A stretch of DNA of 64,000 bases from an uncultured virus (IMG/VR IMGVR_UViG_3300002072_000002) (Duplodnaviria; Heunggongvirae; Uroviricota; Caudoviricetes): IMG/VR virus record IMGVR_UViG_3300002072_000002. One strand, 5' to 3'. Made by a program: the position numbers and the translations under genes. The notes under the pieces were generated by a model, which searched no databases, was not told where the DNA came from, and was given only the letters and a program-made list of their open reading frames with translations. Numbering within the stretch: position 1 is the first letter of the stretch; each line of letters opens with the position of its first letter. Positions 38,133 through 48,384 of the stretch are shown here, piece by piece.

Positions 38133-39590
38133 ATGAAGCGCACTAAGGTTATGTTCCGCAAGGATTGGAATGNGGATGTGTACGCACTGTTTCCCGAGAT
38201 CGCCGCTACTGTTGGCAATCCCGCGCATTGTCTATCCTACCAACACATAGGACAGCATTGTGCGGCTGATTATCAGTTGTGCATCCGCGCAAGCAAACCG
38301 GCGAAGTCGGCCGAGTACGCCGAGCTATTCGCCGAATTGACAACCATCGGCTACAGTTTGGAGGTTATCCAGCGCGCGACTGCGGGGATGTATCGGCAGC
38401 GCGAGGCTGAGGCAGTCGCGTTAGACGTGCCGGAGTTAGGCGCGAGCGTGGACGCAAAAACATTCCGCGATGCTGTCCACCAAGTTGGCGCGGCGGTGAG
38501 TTCCCGTAACTCTTTGCCGATACTTGGGCATGTCCTTATCGAGCCGGTCTGCGGCGGAATCAAGCTGACCGCCACTGACTTGGAGCTCGGCGCGAGCGTG
38601 ACAATCCACGCGCTGACAGAGAACTTCGAGCCCTGCACTGTTCCGGCGCGGCTGCTGGCTGATGCGCTGAAGGGCGCGAGTGGCTGTGTGTCGATTCGCA
38701 ATGAAGGTGACGACGTTAGGCTGACCATCGGCGGGTCCGAACAAGTTTTGAAAGGCATCATGGCCGCTGAGTTCCCACAGTTAGCGGAGGTCGAAGTCAA
38801 AACCTGGGTGAAGTTCCCCGGCCTTGCCGGAATACTCAAGCGCCTCATGCCTGCCGTGTCGGATGACGAATACCGGCGGGCCATATTGACCGGCATCTTG
38901 ATCGACGGCAAGAACATCGTTTCGACCGACACGAACCGGCTGTTCGTTTACGAGCACGGCATGGACTTGACCGACCTGCACACATGGCCGCAGGTTACGC
39001 CGGAAGTCGAAGCCGTTCCGGGCGGAAGGTCTGGCATCGTCATCCCCGGCACTACCTGCGACAAACTCATGCGGATGTTAGGCTGCAAGCCAGACGCTGA
39101 AGTCGAGATCGGCTGCTCAGACACGCAAGTGATTTTCAAGGTCGGCGATTCGGTTGTTAGGTCGCGGCTGATCGAGGGCATGTTCCCGAATTATGAGCGG
39201 GTTATCCCCGACGAAGCGGCGCTGACCGGCGCGATAGAAGTAATCCCCGGCGATATGGCAGAAGCGCTCAAGAAAGTCTGGCCGGTCGCTCGGGAGAATA
39301 GCGGCAGGGCGCTCTTCACGGTTGAGGAAAACGATCTGCTGAAGCTCTCTGCTTCTTCGAGCTCATGCGGAGAAGTGTCGGCAATGATAGACGGCTGTAG
39401 AATCACCGGGTTCCCCATCGGCTTTCAGTTCGCCATGTCCTGCAACTATCTGGCCGATGCAGTGGCAGTGTTCAAGAATAGCGAATTGGTGACACTATCG
39501 GGCTCGGGCGCGGTGAACCAGTTCACGGTGACTTCGCGGCAGGACCCGGACATGCTGGTAGTGGTCATGCCGATGCAGATCGGGTACTGA
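38133..39590 (+). CDS. dnaN: DNA polymerase III beta sliding clamp with an extra ~100 aa N-terminal domain
   Basis: LPILGHVLI, LTATDLE, STDTNRL, SRLIEGMFPNYERVIP and VVMPMQI motifs, preceded by KVMFRK...ALFP...SYQHIGQH. Confidence 0.9.
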   Translation: MKRTKVMFRKDWNXDVYALFPEIAATVGNPAHCLSYQHIGQHCAADYQLCIRASKPAKSAEYAELFAELTTIGYSLEVIQRATAGMYRQREAEAVALDVPELGASVDAKTFRDAVHQVGAAVSSRNSLPILGHVLIEPVCGGIKLTATDLELGASVTIHALTENFEPCTVPARLLADALKGASGCVSIRNEGDDVRLTIGGSEQVLKGIMAAEFPQLAEVEVKTWVKFPGLAGILKRLMPAVSDDEYRRAILTGILIDGKNIVSTDTNRLFVYEHGMDLTDLHTWPQVTPEVEAVPGGRSGIVIPGTTCDKLMRMLGCKPDAEVEIGCSDTQVIFKVGDSVVRSRLIEGMFPNYERVIPDEAALTGAIEVIPGDMAEALKKVWPVARENSGRALFTVEENDLLKLSASSSSCGEVSAMIDGCRITGFPIGFQFAMSCNYLADAVAVFKNSELVTLSGSGAVNQFTVTSRQDPDMLVVVMPMQIGY

Positions 39591-39715
39591 GGTTAGACGT
39601 TAGGGGCTTGCCCGGAGGCTTATTTCGGGCGAGCCATGATTATGTTAAGCAAACAACGCGCTGTAGCGAGATTCTGAGCGCGTGACAGCCGAAAGGCATA
39701 GCTAAGGAGGTCATC

Positions 39716-42700
39716 ATGGGCACGATTCGAGTATTCGATNACGACGAAACGAAGGGCGGTCTGACTTACTCAGACGCGGAGGGCAGGGTGCCGCCGATAG
39801 TTCACAAGGGATGGACTTGGGGAGAGACTTTTGAGGAAGCGCGTCATGCTTCAGCCGTTCGTAAAGTGCGGATGTACGCGTTCCTATCCTGGACAGGCTT
39901 CTTCGGGATATGCCAGGAGGGGAATCTGACAATCGGCGATTGTGCGTGGGCGGCATTCGAGTACGGGCATCAGGTATCTGACCAGCGAAGTGCGCGAGCT
40001 TGCCAATATCCCACAAGCAAAGAGATATGGGGACTGGCGTATGCCCCTGTGCTTCCGAGGTTAGAATCATGATCACGCACGGTTATAAGATCGAAATGGC
40101 GGAAGAGGGAAACGACCNGGTGGGCGCACTGCGCGACCTGGTATGGCAATTGGAGAATCCGATGGACTGCCGGGGCGGCAGAACGCTACTCGATGATCTG
40201 CAAGACGGCTTGGAGCGGATCGTCAACTGTGCGGCGCTTCACGAGCGGGGCGTGGACATTCGGATAGTTCGGACAAGGACGGAGGGCTGACATGCGCGGA
40301 TGGACACTTGCGGATCATGCCGAGTGCTGGTGGGCGGGTAGCAATCAGATCATGCCGGCACGCGGCACAACGGCTTGGACTATGATGTATGAGCAGTGGG
40401 CGGAGTGGGCGTTCTCCGACNTTCGCGGGAAGGAGTCTTGACATGACGAAGAGCACGGATAGAGTTAGGTTGGGCAGCGGCGAGGTTATGACTCTTGGGG
40501 AAGCGTTAGACAAGGGCTTGCTGGAGGTGCGGATCGTGGAACACTTCTGCGGACCTCGCGGCGGGTGCGGAATCGCCTACTTCGCGGACGAACCGGGCAC
40601 TATGAGCGGTTTCCGAATCAGCCNATTCCTGTACCGCAGTCGCATGGGCTTGCCGGTTCGGATATACCTCGGCGGGAATGAGGTATGCCTTGACAATCAC
40701 AGTTAGGGGCAAGAGGGTCGAGTTGACCGAGGGACCTTACCAGGTCACATGGACAAACAGATCGGGGGCTAGACCCTGGGCAGTCATGGACGGTCACGGC
40801 GCAATGGTTAGGCAACCGCCTGCTGACAATATGCACAAGGCGCTTTTCTTCCAGACGAATGTGAAAGCGCACGAGTTCGCGATATGCATGAACGACAGGG
40901 AGGGGTGGCAACCATGCTCTTAGGGTTGGGCATCGGGTTAGGCATGTTGGCATTCTGCACCGGCGTTGTGTTCGTAAACGCGGCGGTCGATACGCTGCGG
41001 GAAAGGTTAGGGATATGACACTCGGAATACTCTACACGTTCGGAAGCGCTGAGGCCGACCGCTCATTTGGTACTGACCTGTGGCTGCTGATGGTAGCGGC
41101 TGTGATTGTGACGTTCGGCGGTCGGTGGCTCATACGAAAGTTCATGGGGTGGTTCTGATGACTGATTCTGAGATCGGGTGCGTTGGCAGATGGCGCAACC
41201 ATCACCCAGACGACAAGCACACTGACGCGGAGGTTTTGGATTATCTCCGGCGATGCGATGCGAGAACAGCAGAGCTTATGGATTTGCACTTCCCGTACTA
41301 CATCAAGAACGGGCGGCGCGTTAAAACAGACAGGGGTGCATCATGCTGACAGCACACCACAACCTCGTGAAGCACGGCACTTTGCCGGAATCCCGGCGCC
41401 AAGCGTTAGTCAACAAGCCGTTCGCAGTTCGAGACAGAGCGTTAGGCGCAAAAGTGGAGGCAGTCGCCTTCGGCTACAAAGAACTGACGCCGATCATCGA
41501 GATCGACGGCCGCAAATATCGCGGCATGACCTGGATAGAAGTGAGCGCGGCAGTTGAGCGCGGGGCAGTGCCGGAGTTGGCACGGCTGGAAAGGGTTAGG
41601 TGTTAGATCATGAAGTACTTGGTTTTGGAGGCGCACGACACCGACCAAACGCAAACGAGCGAGGTCAACCGTTTCGCAGTTGAGTTAGGTCTGGTGCCGA
41701 TTGACGAACTGATCGCGCAGGCGGCGAATATCCGCCCGATCTTTGATGACAAGACCNGCGTACTGAAGTCCGGTTGTATGCAGTTCGACTGGCACGAGGG
41801 CGAGTGGCTGGCTTCTGCTTCGATAGAGGAGCTTGACGGGCCGATGATCGCCGAGGATTCGACGGAGGACGGCAACTATTCATGGGGCAAACTCGAAGTC
41901 GCGGGCGGTCACATCCTGCTCTGGTGGGAGGGCGACACCGCGACAATCGAGTTCCGCGCCTACCTGGAATGCGGGATCGAATACTTCTCCGGCGCAGTGT
42001 CGCTNGATTGGTTGGTAGAGCAGGTGGCGGCATGAGGGACGTTACGGTAAAACAAGTGTTGGCTGCCGAGGAGCGGGCACGCGTCGGCGACTTGGAGCAA
42101 ATGTGTGCAACGTGCTGTGCGCGGATAGCTAGATACCCAGTGCTCATGTGTGCAGTAAGTGTAGCGATTGGCGACGACGAGAGGATACTTGCGGGTGTAA
42201 GTCTGGCGCTCGAATTGCTCGAATGCGCCAACCCGCCGCTCGGTATCGGCGCGGAAACCGAGGTTCCGAAGTGACGAAGGATCTTAAACGTTATCGGCGG
42301 CGGCTGTTAGGCTGCTGCACAACACGTTCGCAGATGATGCGCCTGATTCGCAGGCAGGTTAGGTTCGCGCTCAGATNGGCGCAGGAAGTAGAGGTATAAT
42401 CATGAAACGCGGTTGGAGGTTAGAGATCGAATCAACGAAGGATACAGCAACGGTTCTGCGAGCGATTGCAGACGACATGGACGGCAAGGACGTGTCTTTC
42501 GACGCGGCATATACATTCTCCCCCAACGTGGAACTGAGCGATCAACTCAGCGGCGTTAGGCCGGGGAGCGTTACGCCGAATCAGCCAGACGCTACCGATC
42601 TTCTGGCATCGGCGCATGAGGTCGTTTGCCACTGGACAGACGGCGGTTGTTCCGAGGCGATGGGCGGGTTGATAAACGCAGTGCAGGATTATGAGTCGGC

Positions 42701-43366
42701 ACAGGACGAACCGGCTGCCGTCACGCCCATCGTCACGCCGAACCTGGTTGACGCGGCGCGGCGAATGCTGGATGACTACCAGACCGGGCGGCCAGAGCAC
42801 AAATCTGCACTGTGGCTTGAGTCNGTGCTGGAAGACTACGAAGACGCGACAACCGCTCCCGGCCCGATCATCGTCGAGGTTAGCGGCGGGAATGTTCAGG
42901 ACGTTAGGGACATACCCAGTGGCGTCACCGTCGAGGTCCGCGACTACGACAACGGCGAAGAAGCGACCGAGGAAGAGCGTGCGGACATGGGGCAGGACGC
43001 CGACGGGAAGTTCTACAGCGTTGGCGAGTGGAGTTGATCATGAGCATGAAGATCGGTTCAATCGAAACCAACTATGGCGAGGCGGAGATTCTTGCCTGCC
43101 ACTACGGCGGACCCGACGGCCCAACCGCAGTTAGACTGGACCTAACCGACGGCGAGATATTCGGCGTACTGACGGTAAACTTGCCGGACAAAGAGCATTT
43201 GCTTGGGCGCGGCGAAGTGTTCGTCAAAACGTGGTCCGAGAATGCCNGGTGGGTGGCGAAAGTGCTTGCGACTGGACTGTTCGAGGATACCGGCAAGCGA
43301 GTGCCGACCGGCTTCGTTGAAGCTCAGATATGGCGGTTCGTGACTCCGCCGGGGTGGGCGGCATGA
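39716..43366 (+). other. Cluster of ~10 small early hypothetical ORFs (e.g. 39716-40072, 40678-40923, 41343-41606, 41610-42035, 42402-43037, 43040-43366)
   Basis: Tandem co-oriented short ORFs with RBSs and overlapping start/stop codons. Confidence 0.6.
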
Positions 43367-44013
43367 TCTACGCGCTCATTCTCGTTTCCGCGTGGATGCA
43401 GTGCGCCTACACCGTCTACAATGCCAAGTTTCAAGGCCGTACCACTGCCTCCGGCGCGATCTTCTCGCACTCGGGCAGGCTGGTTGCTTGCCGCGAAGGG
43501 CGGTTAGGCAGCCGCGTGGAACTGAGATACCGCAACACGCGCGGCGGCTGGACAACGAGCAGGGGTATCATCGGGGATCGAGGCCGACTGCCTTTGCATC
43601 GGGCGGACTGTTGGCAGTTCGATCTCAGCCAGAAGATCGCCCGAGAGTTAGGGCTTTACAGGTTAGAAAACGGCAAGACCGTTAGGGACGGGCAGTTTCG
43701 GATACTGCCCGGGAAAGGATGGAATGATGCAGCAATCGGCAATTCGGATCTTGACGCCGCGACACAACGGCTTTATCGACAGTTGGCTCCAGAGCCTAAG
43801 CAAACACACCAGAACAGCCTACAGCAGCGACATAGCGGCATTCTGGCTATGGTTTGNGGCAGAGGATGTTTCCCTGGTGACACGGGAGGACTGTCACCGC
43901 TGGTTAGGCTCCTTGAAAGCGACCGACCTGCGGCCAGCGTCGATCAACCGAAAGCTCGCCGCAGTTCGCGGGATGCTGGTCGAAGCAGTTCGGTATGGCA
44001 TCCGGCCCGATAA
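43363..44013 (+). CDS. RlpA-like double-psi beta-barrel (lytic transglycosylase-like) protein
   Basis: Hydrophobic N-terminus, FQGRTTASG, LGSRVEL, DRG and DLSQKIARELG motifs. The conserved part ends ~43710; the rest overlaps the recombinase gene. Confidence 0.7.
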   Translation: MIYALILVSAWMQCAYTVYNAKFQGRTTASGAIFSHSGRLVACREGRLGSRVELRYRNTRGGWTTSRGIIGDRGRLPLHRADCWQFDLSQKIARELGLYRLENGKTVRDGQFRILPGKGWNDAAIGNSDLDAATQRLYRQLAPEPKQTHQNSLQQRHSGILAMVXGRGCFPGDTGGLSPLVRLLESDRPAASVDQPKARRSSRDAGRSSSVWHPAR

Positions 44014-44629
44014 CCNGTTCGTCGGCATCAAGGGCTTCAAGGCGAGCGGCATATCGACGCGGACGAACGTGCNGACAGTAGATCAGGTTGTCGCATTGAT
44101 GGGCTCCATCGGCAACGAAACGCTGATCGACGTTAGGGACCGGGCCGTTATCTACCTGGCCGGCGGGTTAGGTATGCGAAGGGAGGAGATCGTGGACGTG
44201 ACGTTGGACTCCTTGCAGCAGACGCAGGGAAAGACGGTCTTGACCATTGTGGGCAAGGGCAGCAAGACTCGCCGGAATGCGCTGGACCCGAATCCTAACT
44301 TGCTTGATGCGGTTAGGCAGTGGATTGCTCGGGGTCGAATCCGACCCGGTGCGGCGCTGATTCAGGGCGTGGTCCACGGCAAGGCGAACGGTCGGGCTCT
44401 GCATCCGTCGAGTATCTACGCGATCATCGACAAGCGATTGGCGGCGGCGGGGCTCGCAGGTTTCCACCCGCACTCATTTCGCGGGTTCTTTATCACTGAG
44501 GCTCTCAAGGAGTGCGACATATACAAGGTTCAACGCGCGGTCGGCCATAGCGATCCGCGAACAACTCAGGGCTACGATCAGGCCCGCGACGACGTTGAGG
44601 ATAGTGCTTCGGGATATGTGAGGATATAG
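43724..44629 (+). CDS. Tyrosine recombinase/integrase (XerC/D-like)
   Basis: Catalytic R (GMRREE), K (GKG), HSFR, GH and Y (TTQGY). Confidence 0.92.
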   Translation: MMQQSAIRILTPRHNGFIDSWLQSLSKHTRTAYSSDIAAFWLWFXAEDVSLVTREDCHRWLGSLKATDLRPASINRKLAAVRGMLVEAVRYGIRPDNXFVGIKGFKASGISTRTNVXTVDQVVALMGSIGNETLIDVRDRAVIYLAGGLGMRREEIVDVTLDSLQQTQGKTVLTIVGKGSKTRRNALDPNPNLLDAVRQWIARGRIRPGAALIQGVVHGKANGRALHPSSIYAIIDKRLAAAGLAGFHPHSFRGFFITEALKECDIYKVQRAVGHSDPRTTQGYDQARDDVEDSASGYVRI

Positions 44630-44632
44630 TCA

Positions 44633-45139
44633 ATGAAAGAGCGACAAACACAACGGGCATTCAAGGCTCTCCAGCGAAAGGCAGACAGAATATTCCCAAA
44701 CCATCACTCCCTGTGCCATCGCCTGATTCCGACCATCATAGGCGGCGAGGTATGGTTCGTGTGCGCCGATTGCGGGCGAGATGCTTGGGACGGCACTAGA
44801 CATGCCAGTGCAGAGCGCGGCGTCGAGAACTGCAAATCCGGCACGCATCTATTTCTGCACTGGAGCTTTACTTTCGATGGACCTCGATCGCGTGCGTGGG
44901 AACACAGGCGCCAACAATTCCGTCTCTCACGCGAGGCGGACGGTTACAATCAGGAATGGAGGGTGGTGCGGAGGTGGTACGAACCATCAAGGCACAGACC
45001 AACAGTGCCGATCAACGAGACGCTGAAGGGTCGGATATTGTTGGCTGGCAGGGTTGGAGAAATACTCGTCCGTGGCATTCAAGACCGAATAATAGACGAG
45101 TTTCTTGAGGATTCAGCGAGCGGATACGTGAGGATATGA
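44633..45139 (+). CDS. Hypothetical protein ending in the same EDSASGYVRI tail as the recombinase
   Basis: ORF translation. Confidence 0.55.
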   Translation: MKERQTQRAFKALQRKADRIFPNHHSLCHRLIPTIIGGEVWFVCADCGRDAWDGTRHASAERGVENCKSGTHLFLHWSFTFDGPRSRAWEHRRQQFRLSREADGYNQEWRVVRRWYEPSRHRPTVPINETLKGRILLAGRVGEILVRGIQDRIIDEFLEDSASGYVRI

Positions 45140-45687
45140 ATATGTTCAACTGGCAAATGACACGACTCTACTTTCGGGGCAACTGGTACAAGGCCAAGCG
45201 CAGCGAAGCGTTCACCAACGGAGACGCTTATTACGTTAGCTACGACGGCGGCGTGGCTCCAAATCGCGACAACTGGGAGATCGACACTGATCCGATTGCC
45301 CTCGCGCCAGAGGGAGAGCTGTTTGATGGGCAGATAGCGTACGTATTTCCCGAAGGAGGGCAGCACTTGAAGATGAAAACACTTGCGATAGAGCACGTGA
45401 TTGAAGCGTTGGAAGAACCACGAACCCATAATGTTGGCTTGAGCGATAGGGCACTGGCCGCGATCTGCGATCCNGCTTTCCTCGCCGAACTCAAGCAGGC
45501 GGCGGCAGACGCGCGACTGAGGCGGATGGTGGAGGAGCGACACCGCAAAGAACTCAGCCCAGGAGAGATCGGCGGTTGGTGGGTACGCGTCCTTGTTGGA
45601 TTTGATAGCTTTATGCAGGCAGGCGCAACGCTCGACGACGCCCTCGAATCGGCTTACAATGCGGCGGGGATCGAGGTATCCGAATGA
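45136..45687 (+). CDS. Hypothetical protein
   Basis: ATGA overlap with the upstream ORF. Confidence 0.55.
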   Translation: MNMFNWQMTRLYFRGNWYKAKRSEAFTNGDAYYVSYDGGVAPNRDNWEIDTDPIALAPEGELFDGQIAYVFPEGGQHLKMKTLAIEHVIEALEEPRTHNVGLSDRALAAICDXAFLAELKQAAADARLRRMVEERHRKELSPGEIGGWWVRVLVGFDSFMQAGATLDDALESAYNAAGIEVSE

Positions 45688-46693
45688 AGATGAAAGCAGA
45701 CGCGCAGGAGAAGCTGGAGGCGGCGAAGTGCTGTAGGAATTGTTACTACCGAGCACCCAAACCCTATCAGGGTGTGCCATATCGTTGGAGGTGCTTGGAG
45801 CCACATACGCCGTCGAACTATCCCATAGTGGTTCACGGCAACGATAGTTGTCAGCATTGGCGGAAGAGAACGCCCGCCCTCGCGGAGACAGCGGAGGAGG
45901 CGAGAGTATGATGAGCAAGATAGAGCGAGTGCCGATCACAGAGAAAAACAGTCGCACATCCTGCCCGCGATGGAGCGATCTGGACTTCGATTCTGAGTCT
46001 GTGCGGATGGATAACGGCTATCTGCATGTGCCGGTGCATCATTCTTGCGACCCGAACGACGTTATGTGGCGCGTGTTTCCGAAGTCGAAGCACGCCAAGG
46101 GCGTAGCCAAGGAAGCCGACGGCACGTGGGTCTGGATAATAGTGACGAAAGGACGGCAGATAACATGACAAGCAATTGGATGGCATCGACAAGTAGGCGA
46201 AGGAAGAAGCGGGGAGCGAAGCGCACGGACAGGCTGCACATCAACTTCGCAGTGTATTCCGCCAAGTTCCAGGCAGGAATGCGACGGGCGGCGAGTGCGG
46301 CCAGCAGGTTCGGCGATGCTCTTGCCAAGGCCGTAAAGAGCAGCAGGGAGGATTCATGAGAGACACCAACAACCTGCCGATGAATGGAAAGCGGTCTGCA
46401 CTGGATTGGACAAAGCATTACGTCAGGCGTTGTGGAACCTGCACGCATTACGATGGTGGTATCATGGGCAACTGCATCGAGCAACCAGAATTAGGCTTCA
46501 GGCAGTATTGTGATCTCTGCGAACGGTATGAGGCATGTCCAGAATATGCCTCGCGGATTGCAGTTCTCGACTGCGGGACAAGGATGTATCCGAAATACGT
46601 GACCGTAGACACCGGGCAGGATATCACAATCGGACATTACTCGCCTTTCCACGATAGGGCGATCAGAATGTTAGCAACCGGCAAGGAGGATTC

Positions 46694-47080
46694 ATGACAA
46701 CGCAAACACCAAGGCGCGGGGTCGGCAGGCCGAAAGGCAGCGTCGTCGAAACGCGACCGTATCAAGTGGAACTCGACACAGATCTGGTCAAGAAGTTCCG
46801 CGCCCGGGGCGATGATCTCTCCGACGGCATCCGAACGTTAGGCGCGCGGCATTTCGCCTTGCTCGCAGAGGGTCGAGCGCAGTTGCGCCGGCTCCTGAAA
46901 GACAACATCGAGCGAAAGAAGCTCGTGACGATCTACCGCAACGGCGGCGAAGACGCTTTACGTAGGGCGTCTATGCGGTTCACGGAGTTCCAGAAGGCTG
47001 CCTTACTGGATTGCATCGAGCGGTTCTGCGCGGCCCAGGACAAGGACGTTGACGTGCCGCTCGATGTGCTTTTGAAGTAG
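46694..47080 (+). CDS. Putative DNA-binding protein (AT-hook-like GRPKG)
   Basis: RRGVGRPKG followed by an RHH-like segment. Confidence 0.5.
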   Translation: MTTQTPRRGVGRPKGSVVETRPYQVELDTDLVKKFRARGDDLSDGIRTLGARHFALLAEGRAQLRRLLKDNIERKKLVTIYRNGGEDALRRASMRFTEFQKAALLDCIERFCAAQDKDVDVPLDVLLK

Positions 47081-47138
47081 TGGGGAGAAATACCCCGCTC
47101 TAGGGTATTGACAGGCAAGCATGGGCTTGTGGTAAGAT
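47081..47138 (+). promoter_or_regulatory. Middle promoter with GGGG-N7-CCCC box (copy 4)
   Basis: TGGGGAGAAATACCCC-N7-GGTA-TTGACA-N19(TGG)-TAAGAT. Confidence 0.75.
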
Positions 47139-47182
47139 ACGGGAGTTAGATATATGCACATACGCACGGAGGTTCATCTGCA

Positions 47183-47347
47183 ATGGCATCGAACAAAGAT
47201 AAAAACATGAAACCGCACAACATCAATATGCACAACGATCTGTGGAAGCGGCTGAAGACAACGGCGAAGCGCGGGTCTGTGTCGGTTGCGGATGTCGTGA
47301 GGGACGCCTGCGAGGCTTTGCTGGAGCGGATGGCGCCGCCCGAATGA
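47183..47347 (+). CDS. Ribbon-helix-helix (CopG/Arc-like) regulator, 54 aa, missing from the ORF track
   Basis: GGAGG RBS; MASNKDKNMKPHNINMHNDLWKRLKTTAKRGSVSVADVVRDACEALLERMAPPE. Confidence 0.7.
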   Translation: MASNKDKNMKPHNINMHNDLWKRLKTTAKRGSVSVADVVRDACEALLERMAPPE

Positions 47348-47971
47348 GAGACGTGGAGGATGGGGCCATCGTAGATGCACTGAATCCCGATAAGATTGCG
47401 GAGCACGCCGAAGGTCTAATGGCGCGATACCCCATATTCTTCAAGGAAATGAGTCACTTAGTTTTCGCGAACGCAAAAACAAAAGAGAACGAGCAAGAGA
47501 TGTTCCTCCTGTTCATTACTGGGCTGGCCGCATTGGAAAAGGCGAATCCGCCGATGGATATGCCGTCCGGCGGGCTGGGCGAGCCGCCGCAATGAAGGCC
47601 GGACTCAGGGTTATCGGAGCCTGTGCGGAAACTCTGCGACGAGCAGAAGATGAAGAAGGAGGTAGATGATGACCAAAAAGAAACAGACGAAACTTAGACT
47701 CGGACGGCTTGTGAACGTGACAGAGAAACCGTTCACCAAAGAGGAAAAGAAGAAGATGTGCGACGGCGGGGTCAACCNGGACTACTTTGGCAGATATGCG
47801 GGAACGGTGGTTCCTGTGGACGAGGAGGCTGATGATGATCGACCGATGGGTTTGCAGATACTTTGTCGCCGAGCCGCATGATGGGACGGCGATCCAACTA
47901 CTGATCTGCGCGATCGTGATAGTGGCGGGGCTGGCGATGAGGCTGTCGATGCCGCAGGCGGCGAGGCTGCC

Positions 47972-48199
47972 ATGACGACGCACCATGACGAGTTCGCATT
48001 CCAGCAGGTCATGGATATAAACGGCAGGATGGCAGTGTCAGGCGGCTTGACCAAGCGCGAGTATTTCGCGGCGATGGCGATGCAGGGGATACTTTCGGGA
48101 TCCGCGATGAGTGCGATGCTCGATCCCCTTGCGCTATGCGACAACTCGGTCAATATCGCAGACTGGCTGATCGCCGCGCTGAACAAGGAGGCATCATGA
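47972..48199 (+). CDS. Conserved small phage protein
   Basis: GLTKREYFAAMAMQGIL...IADWLIAAL motif. Confidence 0.7.
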   Translation: MTTHHDEFAFQQVMDINGRMAVSGGLTKREYFAAMAMQGILSGSAMSAMLDPLALCDNSVNIADWLIAALNKEAS

Positions 48200-48384
48200 G
48201 CAAGCCGAACACATGGGCAGAGCAAGACATCGAGGTTGTTTTTGTAGGCGTCGGTCCCCCGCCCGCTCTGTATGCATGGAACTGGGCGGGCATTCGGCTG
48301 AGAATCAAGATAATCCATACATNGGTTCGGTCGAAGCACCGAGTTCCTTTACGGCAACTCTTCAAGATCATCAAGTGATTCACT

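Noticed and set aside
36751..44316. Similarity of GGTTAGG to the telomere repeat TTAGGG
   Set aside because: The copies are dispersed, not tandem, and no mechanistic link is evident.
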